Below, piece after piece: positions 34,612-42,497 of a DNA stretch of 42,497 bases; the first letter of the stretch is position 1, and each line of letters opens with the position of its first letter. The notes under the pieces were generated by a model that saw only the letters and a list, made by a program, of their open reading frames with translations, made no database searches and was not told the DNA's origin. The DNA is from a virus. Lineage: Duplodnaviria; Caudoviricetes. The stretch lies in IMG/VR virus record IMGVR_UViG_3300037423_000981, positions 1-42,497 of that record; one strand, written 5' to 3'. Made by a program: the position numbers and the translations under genes.

Positions 34612-37538
34612 GCATTGCGCTCGCCGCAGTTTCGCTCGCCATCCCGGTTGTAGGCCCCGCCATCGGGCTGTCCATTCTCGCGACCACGCTTGTTGCCGTT
34701 GGAGTAGGGCTGGCCGGAAGCTTTCTCCTTGGTCCGGCCAAGCCCAAGGGACTGAGTACCAGCCCTAGTGACAGGCTGACTGCTACGCTGGTTCCGACAG
34801 ATCCCCGCAAGATCGTCTTCGGCAATACGGCGATGGCGACTGACGTTCGCTATCAGGCGTTCACCGGGACCAACCAGGAATATCTGGAGATGATCGTCTG
34901 TGTCGCCTCGCACGAGGTGAACGCGATCTCCGAAATATGGCTGGACAATGAGAAGGCGTGGAACGGCAGCGTTCTTGGGAGATACGTTGGTTATCTGACG
35001 GTCACCACCAGAACGCTCGGAACCAGCGCCAACGGCATTGCCATTGACGGCACATGGACTTCTAGCTGCACCCTCACCGGATGCGCTTACGTCTACATGA
35101 AGTTCAAGCTCACCGGAAACTCGGACAAGGTAAGCAGTCCATTCTCTGGGGGCGTCACTTCCCGCATGACGATCCGCGGCAAGGGTGCCAAGGTTTACGA
35201 TCCGCGATTGGATAGCACTGTCGCTGGAGGCTCGGGAACGCAACGCGCCAACGACCAGACGACTTGGGCGTGGGATGACAACGGCTCGAGGAACCCTGCG
35301 CTTCAGGAACTGTGGTACGAACTCGGCTGGAAGATCAATTCCAAGCTTGCCGTGGGCAAAGGCGTCCCACCTGCCCGCATAGACCTAGCCAGTTACGCAG
35401 TCGGCGCGAACGCCTGCGACGAGAGCGTTACACTGAACGGCGGAGGGACTGAATCCCGCTACCGCAGCGATGGGGTTCTTTCAGAAGCGGATGACCCAGG
35501 GGCGGTCAGGGACAATCTCTGCGCCACGATGAACGCGGTCCTGAGGGACGCTGGCGGAAAGCTAGCTCTAACCGTCCTTCACGACGATCTTTCGACGCCG
35601 GTCACTCCATCCGGCAAGAGCGCGTTCGATGATAACGATGTGATGGGCGAGATGCAGTGGGACCAGACCCCCGATCTCAACCAGAGCTTCAACATCGTTC
35701 GCGGGAGAAGAATAGATCCATCCGATAATGCTCTCTACCAGGCTGTTGACGTTCCCGAAGTCAGCCTGACGAGCATCGACGGCATCGATCGCATCGATAC
35801 TGTCGATTACGTCATGGTGCAGTCCAACGGTCAGGCGCAGCGCCTGATGAAGCAGAGGCTGCAGCGGAACCAGTATCAGGGACGGCTGAGCTTCACCGGA
35901 AAACCCAGCTTCTGGGGCCTCAACATCGGCGACGTCTTCCCGTTGACCCATGCCGCCTTTGGGTGGTCGGCCAAGCTGTTTCGTTGCGCCGGCCAGAAGA
36001 TCAGCCGGACAGGCGAGACGCAAATCGTCGCGATTGAGGAAAACAGCGCGATCTATGCATGGTCGAACAATGAGACTGCGGCGGTCACTCCCGGCGCTCC
36101 AGTCGTTTACAATCCAGTCAATGACCCGCTTGTCAGCGGCATTACCGACATCAACGGCATCTCCGTTCTGGGCGATGCCAACCGCGTTCGCTTCAGCCAG
36201 ATGGAGCAGGGCGCGCTTGGCTACAACCTCCTCTACAACTCTGCCAGCTTGCCCTTCACTCTGGGAAAGACAGTGGCCTCGGGCTACAACATTGTTCAAA
36301 TTGGCGTGACATTCACGGCGGCCAGTCAGGTCGTCATTATCGGGACCGATTTTAGCAAGGCAGCTTTCCGCATTCCCGTAACTGCTGGAGAGCGAATTTT
36401 CGTCGGCCTCCGCACCCAATGCGACCCTCCAGGGGGCGTGTCGACGGGAAGTTGGCAATATTTTATCCGATTTATGGACAGCTCGGGGACTTATATTAGT
36501 GGGAGCGGCGCTCAAATCGGTGCCGGGACCGGCGACTCCTTCGGAACGAGGATCGGCATATTCACCACTGTTCCAGCTGGAGCATTCTCTGCATACATTG
36601 AGGGCGATCTAAGCTCGGATTCTTCCACTGGCGCTGCATCAATCGGTATCATCGAACCGATGGTGGTCGGTGCTACAGCTACCCAGACGGCTTGGCCTGC
36701 GTTCAGTCCCGGCCCAAGCAGCGAGTTCGGCGCGGACGTTACAGCAAACCTTGTCGGCCCAGCTGCGTCTGATGTGAATTACGACAACCCAGGAACGACA
36801 TTCCAGAGCGCGCTAGACCTGAATTACAAGGTGCAGACATTCGCCGGAACCGTGACGAGCGGCGTGACGATGACTTACAAGGTCAAGTCGGGAACGTTCA
36901 ACGGCTTCAGCTCGGCCAGCGGCGCTCAAACGATGACGGTCACAAGCGGCGCGTCGACAATAACGCCAACGTCGCTCGCGACAGACAGCGCGACAATAGA
37001 GGTCACGGCGATCTATAATGGCCGTACACTGCCCGCCTTCACGACCGTTCTCAACAAGGTTCTAGCGCCGGCAACCCCCACAGGCACGGGAGGTGGAGGT
37101 GGTGGATCTACTGACGTTCCCTCTCAGACTAGCGGGTTCACCGCGATCAATACCGCCACGTTCACGACCATCACGTCGAGCCTCACTTTCACCATGCCGA
37201 CCGGGAAGACAACGCTTCGCTGCGTCGTCAATCTGTCGTGCAAATATGGAAAGACGGCCAACCAGACAGGGCCGTGGGACGTGGAGTTCAAGGTGCAGCG
37301 CGGCGGCGTGGATCAGGGCACGACTCAGCACTCAAACCCTGATCCGGAAATCGTGAACGACCCTGACTTTGGCGACGTAGCCAATCCGGGAACGATGCAA
37401 TACACTCTCGATATGACTGGCCTCACCGTGGGCGTCCAATATACCGTTGTTCTGCAGGCTCGGGTTGCAACCGGAACCCTTCCCACCAACGGCGTCAACA
37501 TGACCTTCTCTGGCTCTGTAGCATTGAGCGCGCCATGA
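34593..37538 (+). CDS. Central tail fiber / host-specificity protein (gpJ-like), apparent ATC start
   Basis: PRKIVFG, RGKGAKVYDPR, NPAL, A.ACDE; variable C-terminal beta domains; frame open from 34593. Confidence 0.85.
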   Translation: MSKKIIGIALAAVSLAIPVVGPAIGLSILATTLVAVGVGLAGSFLLGPAKPKGLSTSPSDRLTATLVPTDPRKIVFGNTAMATDVRYQAFTGTNQEYLEMIVCVASHEVNAISEIWLDNEKAWNGSVLGRYVGYLTVTTRTLGTSANGIAIDGTWTSSCTLTGCAYVYMKFKLTGNSDKVSSPFSGGVTSRMTIRGKGAKVYDPRLDSTVAGGSGTQRANDQTTWAWDDNGSRNPALQELWYELGWKINSKLAVGKGVPPARIDLASYAVGANACDESVTLNGGGTESRYRSDGVLSEADDPGAVRDNLCATMNAVLRDAGGKLALTVLHDDLSTPVTPSGKSAFDDNDVMGEMQWDQTPDLNQSFNIVRGRRIDPSDNALYQAVDVPEVSLTSIDGIDRIDTVDYVMVQSNGQAQRLMKQRLQRNQYQGRLSFTGKPSFWGLNIGDVFPLTHAAFGWSAKLFRCAGQKISRTGETQIVAIEENSAIYAWSNNETAAVTPGAPVVYNPVNDPLVSGITDINGISVLGDANRVRFSQMEQGALGYNLLYNSASLPFTLGKTVASGYNIVQIGVTFTAASQVVIIGTDFSKAAFRIPVTAGERIFVGLRTQCDPPGGVSTGSWQYFIRFMDSSGTYISGSGAQIGAGTGDSFGTRIGIFTTVPAGAFSAYIEGDLSSDSSTGAASIGIIEPMVVGATATQTAWPAFSPGPSSEFGADVTANLVGPAASDVNYDNPGTTFQSALDLNYKVQTFAGTVTSGVTMTYKVKSGTFNGFSSASGAQTMTVTSGASTITPTSLATDSATIEVTAIYNGRTLPAFTTVLNKVLAPATPTGTGGGGGGSTDVPSQTSGFTAINTATFTTITSSLTFTMPTGKTTLRCVVNLSCKYGKTANQTGPWDVEFKVQRGGVDQGTTQHSNPDPEIVNDPDFGDVANPGTMQYTLDMTGLTVGVQYTVVLQARVATGTLPTNGVNMTFSGSVALSAP

Positions 37539-38044
37539 TCCTGATCGAACAAGACGGCCGCAGGCAGCTTGTGGCCAGCCTCGATGGCTATGATGCCGCC
37601 ACGGTTATTAAGGAGAATGTGGCTGAACCCCCTCCTTATGTCACGGCAGATGATCTGGATGACGAAGGCTCTATCCCGCTAGAACTGCTCAAAAACATTC
37701 TGTGGGGGCGCGTAAAGGAGATCCGCGGCGAGAAGGAAACGGGGATCGCTCCAACTCCTCTAGGTGATGTTCAGATAGACGAAAAGAGCAAGGCCAAGAT
37801 TATGGGTGCGCTCGACTTTTGTAAGCTCAAGGAGGAGCAGGGCCAGCCCTTCACGATGAACTTCACGATGGCCGACAATACACGTGTCGTGCTCGACAAC
37901 ATTAAAGTGCGCCAACTAGCGGGGGCTGCGGGTCTCTACGTCGCCCAGCTTTATGATTATTCCTGGACGCTCCGCGATGCGATCGAGGCAGCGGCTACTA
38001 CAGACGAAATAGATCAGATCAACGTTGAGACTGGCTGGCCATGA
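37535..38044 (+). CDS. DUF4376-like tail fiber-associated protein
   Basis: VQIDEKS..KI.G, FTMADNT.V.L, LRDAIEAA...EIDQI..GWP. Confidence 0.8.
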   Translation: MILIEQDGRRQLVASLDGYDAATVIKENVAEPPPYVTADDLDDEGSIPLELLKNILWGRVKEIRGEKETGIAPTPLGDVQIDEKSKAKIMGALDFCKLKEEQGQPFTMNFTMADNTRVVLDNIKVRQLAGAAGLYVAQLYDYSWTLRDAIEAAATTDEIDQINVETGWP

Positions 38045-38400
38045 GCAGCTTCACGGAACCCTTGATCGTTGAGGTTGAAAGCAGGGAGCGCAGCGGGATT
38101 GGCTTGGTCAAGCTGGCCAAGGAGTTTTCATATTACCTTGAGGACGGTAGCGACACGATCGCTATCCCTATCGGATATGAAACGGACTTCTGCTCGATCC
38201 CTAGGTTTGCCAGGCCCGTCTTCTGCACGATGGGCAAGTCGGCAAAGCCTGCGCTGCTTCACGACTGGCTTCTGCGAAACAAGGACAAGCGTGCAACGCG
38301 GATATTCAACGAAGCGCTGAAGGTGGCAAACGTCAGCACAGTTGGGCGCTGGATCATGGTCGCGTTCGTCTTTGTGTGGACGTTCTCAGAACTCCACTGA
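38041..38400 (+). CDS. DUF1353-like protein
   Basis: IP.GYETDF.SIPR...ALLHDWL. Confidence 0.85.
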   Translation: MSSFTEPLIVEVESRERSGIGLVKLAKEFSYYLEDGSDTIAIPIGYETDFCSIPRFARPVFCTMGKSAKPALLHDWLLRNKDKRATRIFNEALKVANVSTVGRWIMVAFVFVWTFSELH

Positions 38401-38408
38401 TTAGCCTC

Positions 38409-38428
38409 CAAACCTAACCGCCGCTCCC
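38409..38428 (+). promoter_or_regulatory. Late promoter motif 5 (before the lysis cassette)
   Basis: CAAACCTA-accgc-CGCTCCC; TAGCCA at +30. Confidence 0.8.
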
Positions 38429-38509
38429 CTCAGCGCTCTAGCCATGCGTCATGGCCAGCGCGAAAGATCGGCTTCACGCGCCCCCTTTTGCGCAAGGGCG
38501 CGCGTAACT

Positions 38510-38878
38510 GTGCCCACCCCTGTTCCCACCGACAGCCTTAACTGGACGATCGCTGGTTTCTGGATGGCCGTTCTGGCCTTCTTCGGCGTTCTCCTTCGCC
38601 AGATAGGCCCGTGGCGCAAGCAGATCAGCGATCTGGAGGAGCGCCTTCGGCTAGAGCTGTTGCAAGAGCGGCGAAGGTGCGAAGCCGAGCTGCGCGTAGT
38701 TCGTCACCGCACGAGAAACCAGCGGCAGATTATCTATTCGCTGCTGCACTTGTTCGATCTTCCCGCGACCCGCCGCAAGGAACTGCTGGCGAGCATCCGA
38801 GCAGACTTAGCGGCTCTCGAGCAGGCAGAGGCAACCGAGAGCGGGATCGTCGCATCTGCTCTTGGTGATTCGGTATGA
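38510..38878 (+). CDS. Single-TM coiled-coil lysis-cassette protein (holin- or antiholin-like)
   Basis: WTIAGFWMAVLAFFGVLL followed by coiled coil; precedes the endolysin. Confidence 0.6.
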   Translation: MPTPVPTDSLNWTIAGFWMAVLAFFGVLLRQIGPWRKQISDLEERLRLELLQERRRCEAELRVVRHRTRNQRQIIYSLLHLFDLPATRRKELLASIRADLAALEQAEATESGIVASALGDSV

Positions 38879-39393
38879 CGGCCGCCAATTATGCCCCGTC
38901 ACTCAGGCTCATGCTCATTCACGAGGGCGGCTTCGTTTGCGATCCCCAAGACCCAGGTGGAGCGACATGCAAGGGCGTCACTCAGGCCGTTTATGATGAC
39001 TGGCGAATTGGCGAGGGACTGGACAAACGTAGCGTCAAGCTCGTCAACGACTATGAGGTCGGGAAGATCTACCGTTCCCTATATTGGGACAGGATTTGCG
39101 GCGATGCACTTCCTGTAGGCGTAGATTATTGCTGCTTTGATTTTGCTGTCAACAGCGGCCCTGCGCGAGCGGCGCGATACCTTCAGCGCGCGGTCGGTGC
39201 GTTTCAGGACGGCGACATCGGACCGGCTACGCTGGCCTCCGTCAATAGCAGCCATATTCCTGATGTGATCGATAACGTCTGCGATGCGCGGCTTTCCTTT
39301 CTCAAGCAGCTGCCGATCTTTGACAGGTTCGGGCACGGATGGACAACGCGGGTCCAAGACGTTCGCGCCAAGGCCAAGGAGATGGCGGCGTGA
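38875..39393 (+). CDS. Endolysin, glycoside hydrolase family 108 with peptidoglycan-binding domain
   Basis: HEGG...DP.DPGG.T..GVTQ, FDFAVNSG, DG.IGP.T, FG.GW..R. Confidence 0.93.
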   Translation: MTAANYAPSLRLMLIHEGGFVCDPQDPGGATCKGVTQAVYDDWRIGEGLDKRSVKLVNDYEVGKIYRSLYWDRICGDALPVGVDYCCFDFAVNSGPARAARYLQRAVGAFQDGDIGPATLASVNSSHIPDVIDNVCDARLSFLKQLPIFDRFGHGWTTRVQDVRAKAKEMAA

Positions 39394-39821
39394 GCCTTCC
39401 TGTCGTCCGCAACCCGATCCGCCTGTTCGCGGTCATCTGCGTAGCCGTCACGTCCGCCTTCGTCATGGTGATGAGCTATCGCCTGCTGAACGTGCTGAGC
39501 GGGCCGGGATGGTGCGCCACGGCTCTCGGCGCCGGCAAGGCGACCTCGGTTGATGGCACGGTCAAGGGCTTGGATTCATGCGTTAACCTGCTGACCATTC
39601 AGCTCAAGAGCCTCGCAAACAACAGCTATATATTCGGCGGCGTCATCGCGCTCTGCCTGCTGACCCTGATTGTCATTGTGATCGCTGGCGGGCGCCTGAC
39701 ATTCAAAGGCCCAGCCAACATCGAAACCGACATCAGCGGCAATCCAGCGCCAGCAGCGGCACAGGCTGTTGCCGACAGTGCTCAGACGACCGCCAACGTC
39801 ATCAAGGAAACCACGCCATGA
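39390..39821 (+). CDS. Putative holin with two TM helices
   Basis: Two hydrophobic helices; follows the endolysin. Confidence 0.6.
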   Translation: MSLPVVRNPIRLFAVICVAVTSAFVMVMSYRLLNVLSGPGWCATALGAGKATSVDGTVKGLDSCVNLLTIQLKSLANNSYIFGGVIALCLLTLIVIVIAGGRLTFKGPANIETDISGNPAPAAAQAVADSAQTTANVIKETTP

Positions 39822-40057
39822 GAGACGAAGGAGACCTCCACATGTCTATCGAGCCTAAAAGCCGCTGGACGCACAAATACGATCACTACGCCGTCATCAT
39901 CGTTGGCCTTCCCACACCTCAGGTCAAGGATGCGAACGACGCCAACTGGCAGCCTGCAGTTGCCTATCACCAAGAGGACAACGCCGGCGATTCAATGACG
40001 TTCGTCCGTCCCGAAAAGGACTTCCTCGCCAAATTCGTACCGGAGGTAAAATCATGA
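39818..40057 (+). CDS. DUF1653-like small protein
   Basis: W.H....Y.V.......V.Y......FVRP..DF..KF. Confidence 0.65.
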   Translation: MRDEGDLHMSIEPKSRWTHKYDHYAVIIVGLPTPQVKDANDANWQPAVAYHQEDNAGDSMTFVRPEKDFLAKFVPEVKS

Positions 40058-40215
40058 GCATCCTGATCTTCGCACTTATCGTCGTGATCGTTCTGGCCCT
40101 GCTCGTGTGGGCGGTGGACATGCTGCCTCTGGGCTCGCCGTTCAACAACATCGTGAAGGTGCTCATCATCGTCATTGGCGTGCTGCTGATTGCTCAGCGG
40201 GCGATGCTACTCTGA
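40054..40215 (+). CDS. Small two-TM membrane protein (53 aa)
   Basis: Manual ORF MSILIFALIVVIVLALLVWAVDMLPLGSPFNNIVKVLIIVIGVLLIAQRAMLL; SD GGAGGT. Confidence 0.75.
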   Translation: MSILIFALIVVIVLALLVWAVDMLPLGSPFNNIVKVLIIVIGVLLIAQRAMLL

Positions 40216-40811
40216 TGAGCGGCCTTGCCGGCCTTGGGCTGCTCGCGAAGCTCGGCGGGGCTAAAGCCACGCTTGCGAAGGTACCGCCCAAGGTCTGGTA
40301 TGGTCTCGCCATCGTGGCAGCGGTCGTCGGCAGTTTCTTCGTCCATCAGCACTACGCCCACAAGGCACTGAAGGCCGCTGACGCCTCGGGATACAACCGC
40401 GCTCGCCAAGAGGACGCCAAGGTCATCGCTCAAATGCGAGTCCGAGCAGAGGCCGCCGAAGCGAACGCCAAAGCTATCTCACAGGACACAAGGAACCGCA
40501 ACGATGAAACGAACCGCCGCATTGCTTCTAGCGCTGACGCTCTGCTCGTGCGCGGGCCGGGAGCGGCCAGTTGCCGACGCGTCAGTAATCCCACCGTTTC
40601 CGCCTCCAGCAGTCAACCTCGCGCGTCCAGTGGGGCCGGAGATGCTGCCGCAAGTCCAATGTCTTCAGATGACGGGACAGCCGCAGTGCCGTGGGTCTGG
40701 CTCGTCAACTCCTCCCGCGAAGCCGACCTCAACCGCGCCGAAGTCCTGAGTTGGCGCGACTGGTACCAACGCCAGAGCGCGGAGTGGGCCAAGCTACGGA
40801 GCAAGCCATGA
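40215..40811 (+). CDS. Rz: i-spanin (Rz-like)
   Basis: N-terminal TM, periplasmic coiled coil, embedded lipoprotein ORF. Confidence 0.8.
   Translation: MSGLAGLGLLAKLGGAKATLAKVPPKVWYGLAIVAAVVGSFFVHQHYAHKALKAADASGYNRARQEDAKVIAQMRVRAEAAEANAKAISQDTRNRNDETNRRIASSADALLVRGPGAASCRRVSNPTVSASSSQPRASSGAGDAAASPMSSDDGTAAVPWVWLVNSSREADLNRAEVLSWRDWYQRQSAEWAKLRSKP
40504..40749 (+). CDS. Rz1: o-spanin lipoprotein (Rz1-like), embedded in Rz
   Basis: Lipobox LCSC; Pro-rich; alternate frame inside Rz. Confidence 0.8.
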   Translation: MKRTAALLLALTLCSCAGRERPVADASVIPPFPPPAVNLARPVGPEMLPQVQCLQMTGQPQCRGSGSSTPPAKPTSTAPKS

Positions 40812-42361
40812 ATAGATTCCACGTTCTTCTCCTCGCGTTGGTGCTCCTCATCGGAGTGATGCTGTTCGCCTGTCCAGCACATGCTGCCAGTCAACCTCCG
40901 ATCATCACCGTTCCCGATGTAACCTGCGTCGAGAATGCATCCTGTACGCTCATCGTCACCAAGACCAAGGCGAACAGCTACTCGCGTATTCAACTGACTA
41001 GCGTTGACGGAACAGCCAAGGCGGGAATCGACTACCGCGCGCTCAACGCCATCTACACACTGTCGAATAACCAGACGCAGCTATCCGTACCACTGAGCCT
41101 GATCGACAATTCCAGCTATCAGGGCTCGCGTACATTCGCGGTCAGGATCACCGTGCTTCGCTTTGCCCAAGTTGCGCCTGGCTATGTTCCGCCAACGGTC
41201 ACGATCACCGATGACGAGACGCCTCCACTTCCACCACCTCCGTCAACAGGAGTGGCCGGCGAGACACCCATTGCCGACAATTTCGACGTATCACAAGCGA
41301 TCGAGCAGACATGGTACGGCCCTCTCGGCAGGGGAGGAATAGCTCCAGCTTCAGCCGATCCTGTAGGTGCCTTTCGCGAGTTCTGCGCACCGGGCCAGAT
41401 CCTCAGGGACGACCCGATGGTCTATGCTGGCCAACCCGGAGCCTCGCCGCATCTCCACCAGTTCTTTGGCAACACCGGAACGACCGGAAATTCCAATTAC
41501 AACAGCCTCAGGACCACGGGACAATCCACCTGCGGCAATCGAGGCTCAAGCACTCCGACGAACCGCTCGGCATATTGGATGCCCGCAATGCTCGACGGAG
41601 TTGGTAACGTAGTCAAGCCCGACTACATGAACCTATATTACAAGCGGAATCCCGCCTCAGACCCATATTGTAAATCTCCCGACCTCGGCGGAATCGGGAT
41701 TTGCACAGACCTCCCCAACGGCATCCGGTTCATCTTCGGCGCCAACATGAAGACCATGACCGATGGTCCCACCGATGTTAATTCCCAGAATCACGACGCG
41801 ATCACCTTCCAATGCTGGGCGAGCTTCGACAACTCGGTGAGCAACAACGGCCTCAACGCTTATTATCATTCTATGGAAGAGGTTCGCGCAGCGGGTTGCC
41901 CGGTTGGTGCTCGGCTGATGATTATAGCCGCAGCACCCAATTGCTGGGACGGGGTGAACCTCGATTCAGCAGACCACAGATCACATATGACATGGTCGAA
42001 CGGAGCGATGTATCCCGGCCAGTTCTTTCGTGCATGCCCGTTGGATCATCCGTACGTCATTCCCAATCTCGAGGTACAGGTCGCCTATACGATCGACGCC
42101 AATTTCGTCGCCGGCAAATGGCTACTCGACAGCGATCGGCAGATGGATGCAAGCGGGATGCAGGTTGTCCCTGGTTCGACCTGGCACATGGATTATTGGG
42201 AAGCGTGGAGCCCTACGGTCAAAGCGACTTGGCACCGTACCTGCATCAACCAGAAGCTGTCATGCGCTGGTGGAGACTTGGGAGACGGCACCGATATTCT
42301 GAAGGCCGACCATTATCCTAATACGGACTTTCCAACGCATGTGCTGGTGCCGGTGCCTTAG
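40808..42361 (+). CDS. Secreted Calx-beta plus DUF1996-like domain protein
   Basis: Signal peptide ending AHA; DGTAKAGIDY..VTITDDE; RDDPMVY.G...PHLHQFFGN, NRSAYW.P, PNCWDGVNLDSADHRSH, HMDY. Confidence 0.85.
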   Translation: MNRFHVLLLALVLLIGVMLFACPAHAASQPPIITVPDVTCVENASCTLIVTKTKANSYSRIQLTSVDGTAKAGIDYRALNAIYTLSNNQTQLSVPLSLIDNSSYQGSRTFAVRITVLRFAQVAPGYVPPTVTITDDETPPLPPPPSTGVAGETPIADNFDVSQAIEQTWYGPLGRGGIAPASADPVGAFREFCAPGQILRDDPMVYAGQPGASPHLHQFFGNTGTTGNSNYNSLRTTGQSTCGNRGSSTPTNRSAYWMPAMLDGVGNVVKPDYMNLYYKRNPASDPYCKSPDLGGIGICTDLPNGIRFIFGANMKTMTDGPTDVNSQNHDAITFQCWASFDNSVSNNGLNAYYHSMEEVRAAGCPVGARLMIIAAAPNCWDGVNLDSADHRSHMTWSNGAMYPGQFFRACPLDHPYVIPNLEVQVAYTIDANFVAGKWLLDSDRQMDASGMQVVPGSTWHMDYWEAWSPTVKATWHRTCINQKLSCAGGDLGDGTDILKADHYPNTDFPTHVLVPVP

Positions 42362-42456
42362 GCGCGGGGAAGGCTGCCGCCGCCACTTCCGACACCGCCC
42401 AAATGTTCCTCATATCGCGTGGTGCCGCATTTTGAGCATCGCATGGTCACAAAGTT
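42358..42456 (-). CDS. C-terminal part of the junction-spanning hypothetical protein
   Basis: In frame with 222 to 1; stop TAA overlaps the convergent TAG of the DUF1996-like gene. Confidence 0.7.
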   Translation of the reverse strand, partial: NFVTMRCSKCGTTRYEEHLGGVGSGGGSLPRA

Positions 42457-42497
42457 GGTGTTGCTCATATCGACCGCTGTTTTGACCCACTCCCACT
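42457..42497. repeat. 41-nt terminal direct repeat, right copy
   Basis: Identical to 1-41. Confidence 0.95.

Larger units (their letters stand above)
1..42497. mobile_element. Complete temperate siphovirus-type phage genome, excised circular form
   Basis: Intact attP, int, cI/cro, replication, packaging, head, non-contractile tail and lysis modules; circular ends. Confidence 0.95.

Noticed and set aside
30887-36515. Long antisense ORFs (30887-31780, 32748-33503, 35568-36515)
   Set aside because: Shadows of tail genes in high-GC DNA
34593-38044. Diversity-generating retroelement or invertible tail-fiber cassette
   Set aside because: No reverse transcriptase, invertase or TR/VR pair was seen

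Overview
This window is a complete, circularly permuted genome (about 42,456 bp after removing a 41-nt terminal overlap) of a temperate lambdoid-type siphophage. The host is most likely an alphaproteobacterium, probably a sphingomonad (inferred from promoter style and gene content). Gene order: leftward accessory genes, attP (3' half of tRNA-Arg CCG), tyrosine integrase and xis, recombination genes, cI/cro switch with GTACG-N7-CGTAC operators, Dam-like and C5 methyltransferases, RusA, a DnaA-domain-IV protein, a replication initiator with iterons, terminase, portal, head, tail and lysis genes, and a secreted Calx-beta/DUF1996-like protein. The most notable observations are: (1) a C5 methyltransferase split over two fully overlapping reading frames, with three tandem PTP cassettes in the +1 frame; (2) a head-proximal cassette with an 18-repeat scaffold protein and a small partner carrying a single repeat; (3) a five-copy late-promoter motif CAAACCTA-N5-CGCTCCC with a candidate tandem-domain activator; (4) several RNA-level controls, namely GGA-loop hairpins before the capsid gene, an SD-sequestering pseudoknot before the tail chaperone, and an apparent AUC start for the tail-tip protein. 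All family assignments come from motif recognition, not database searches.
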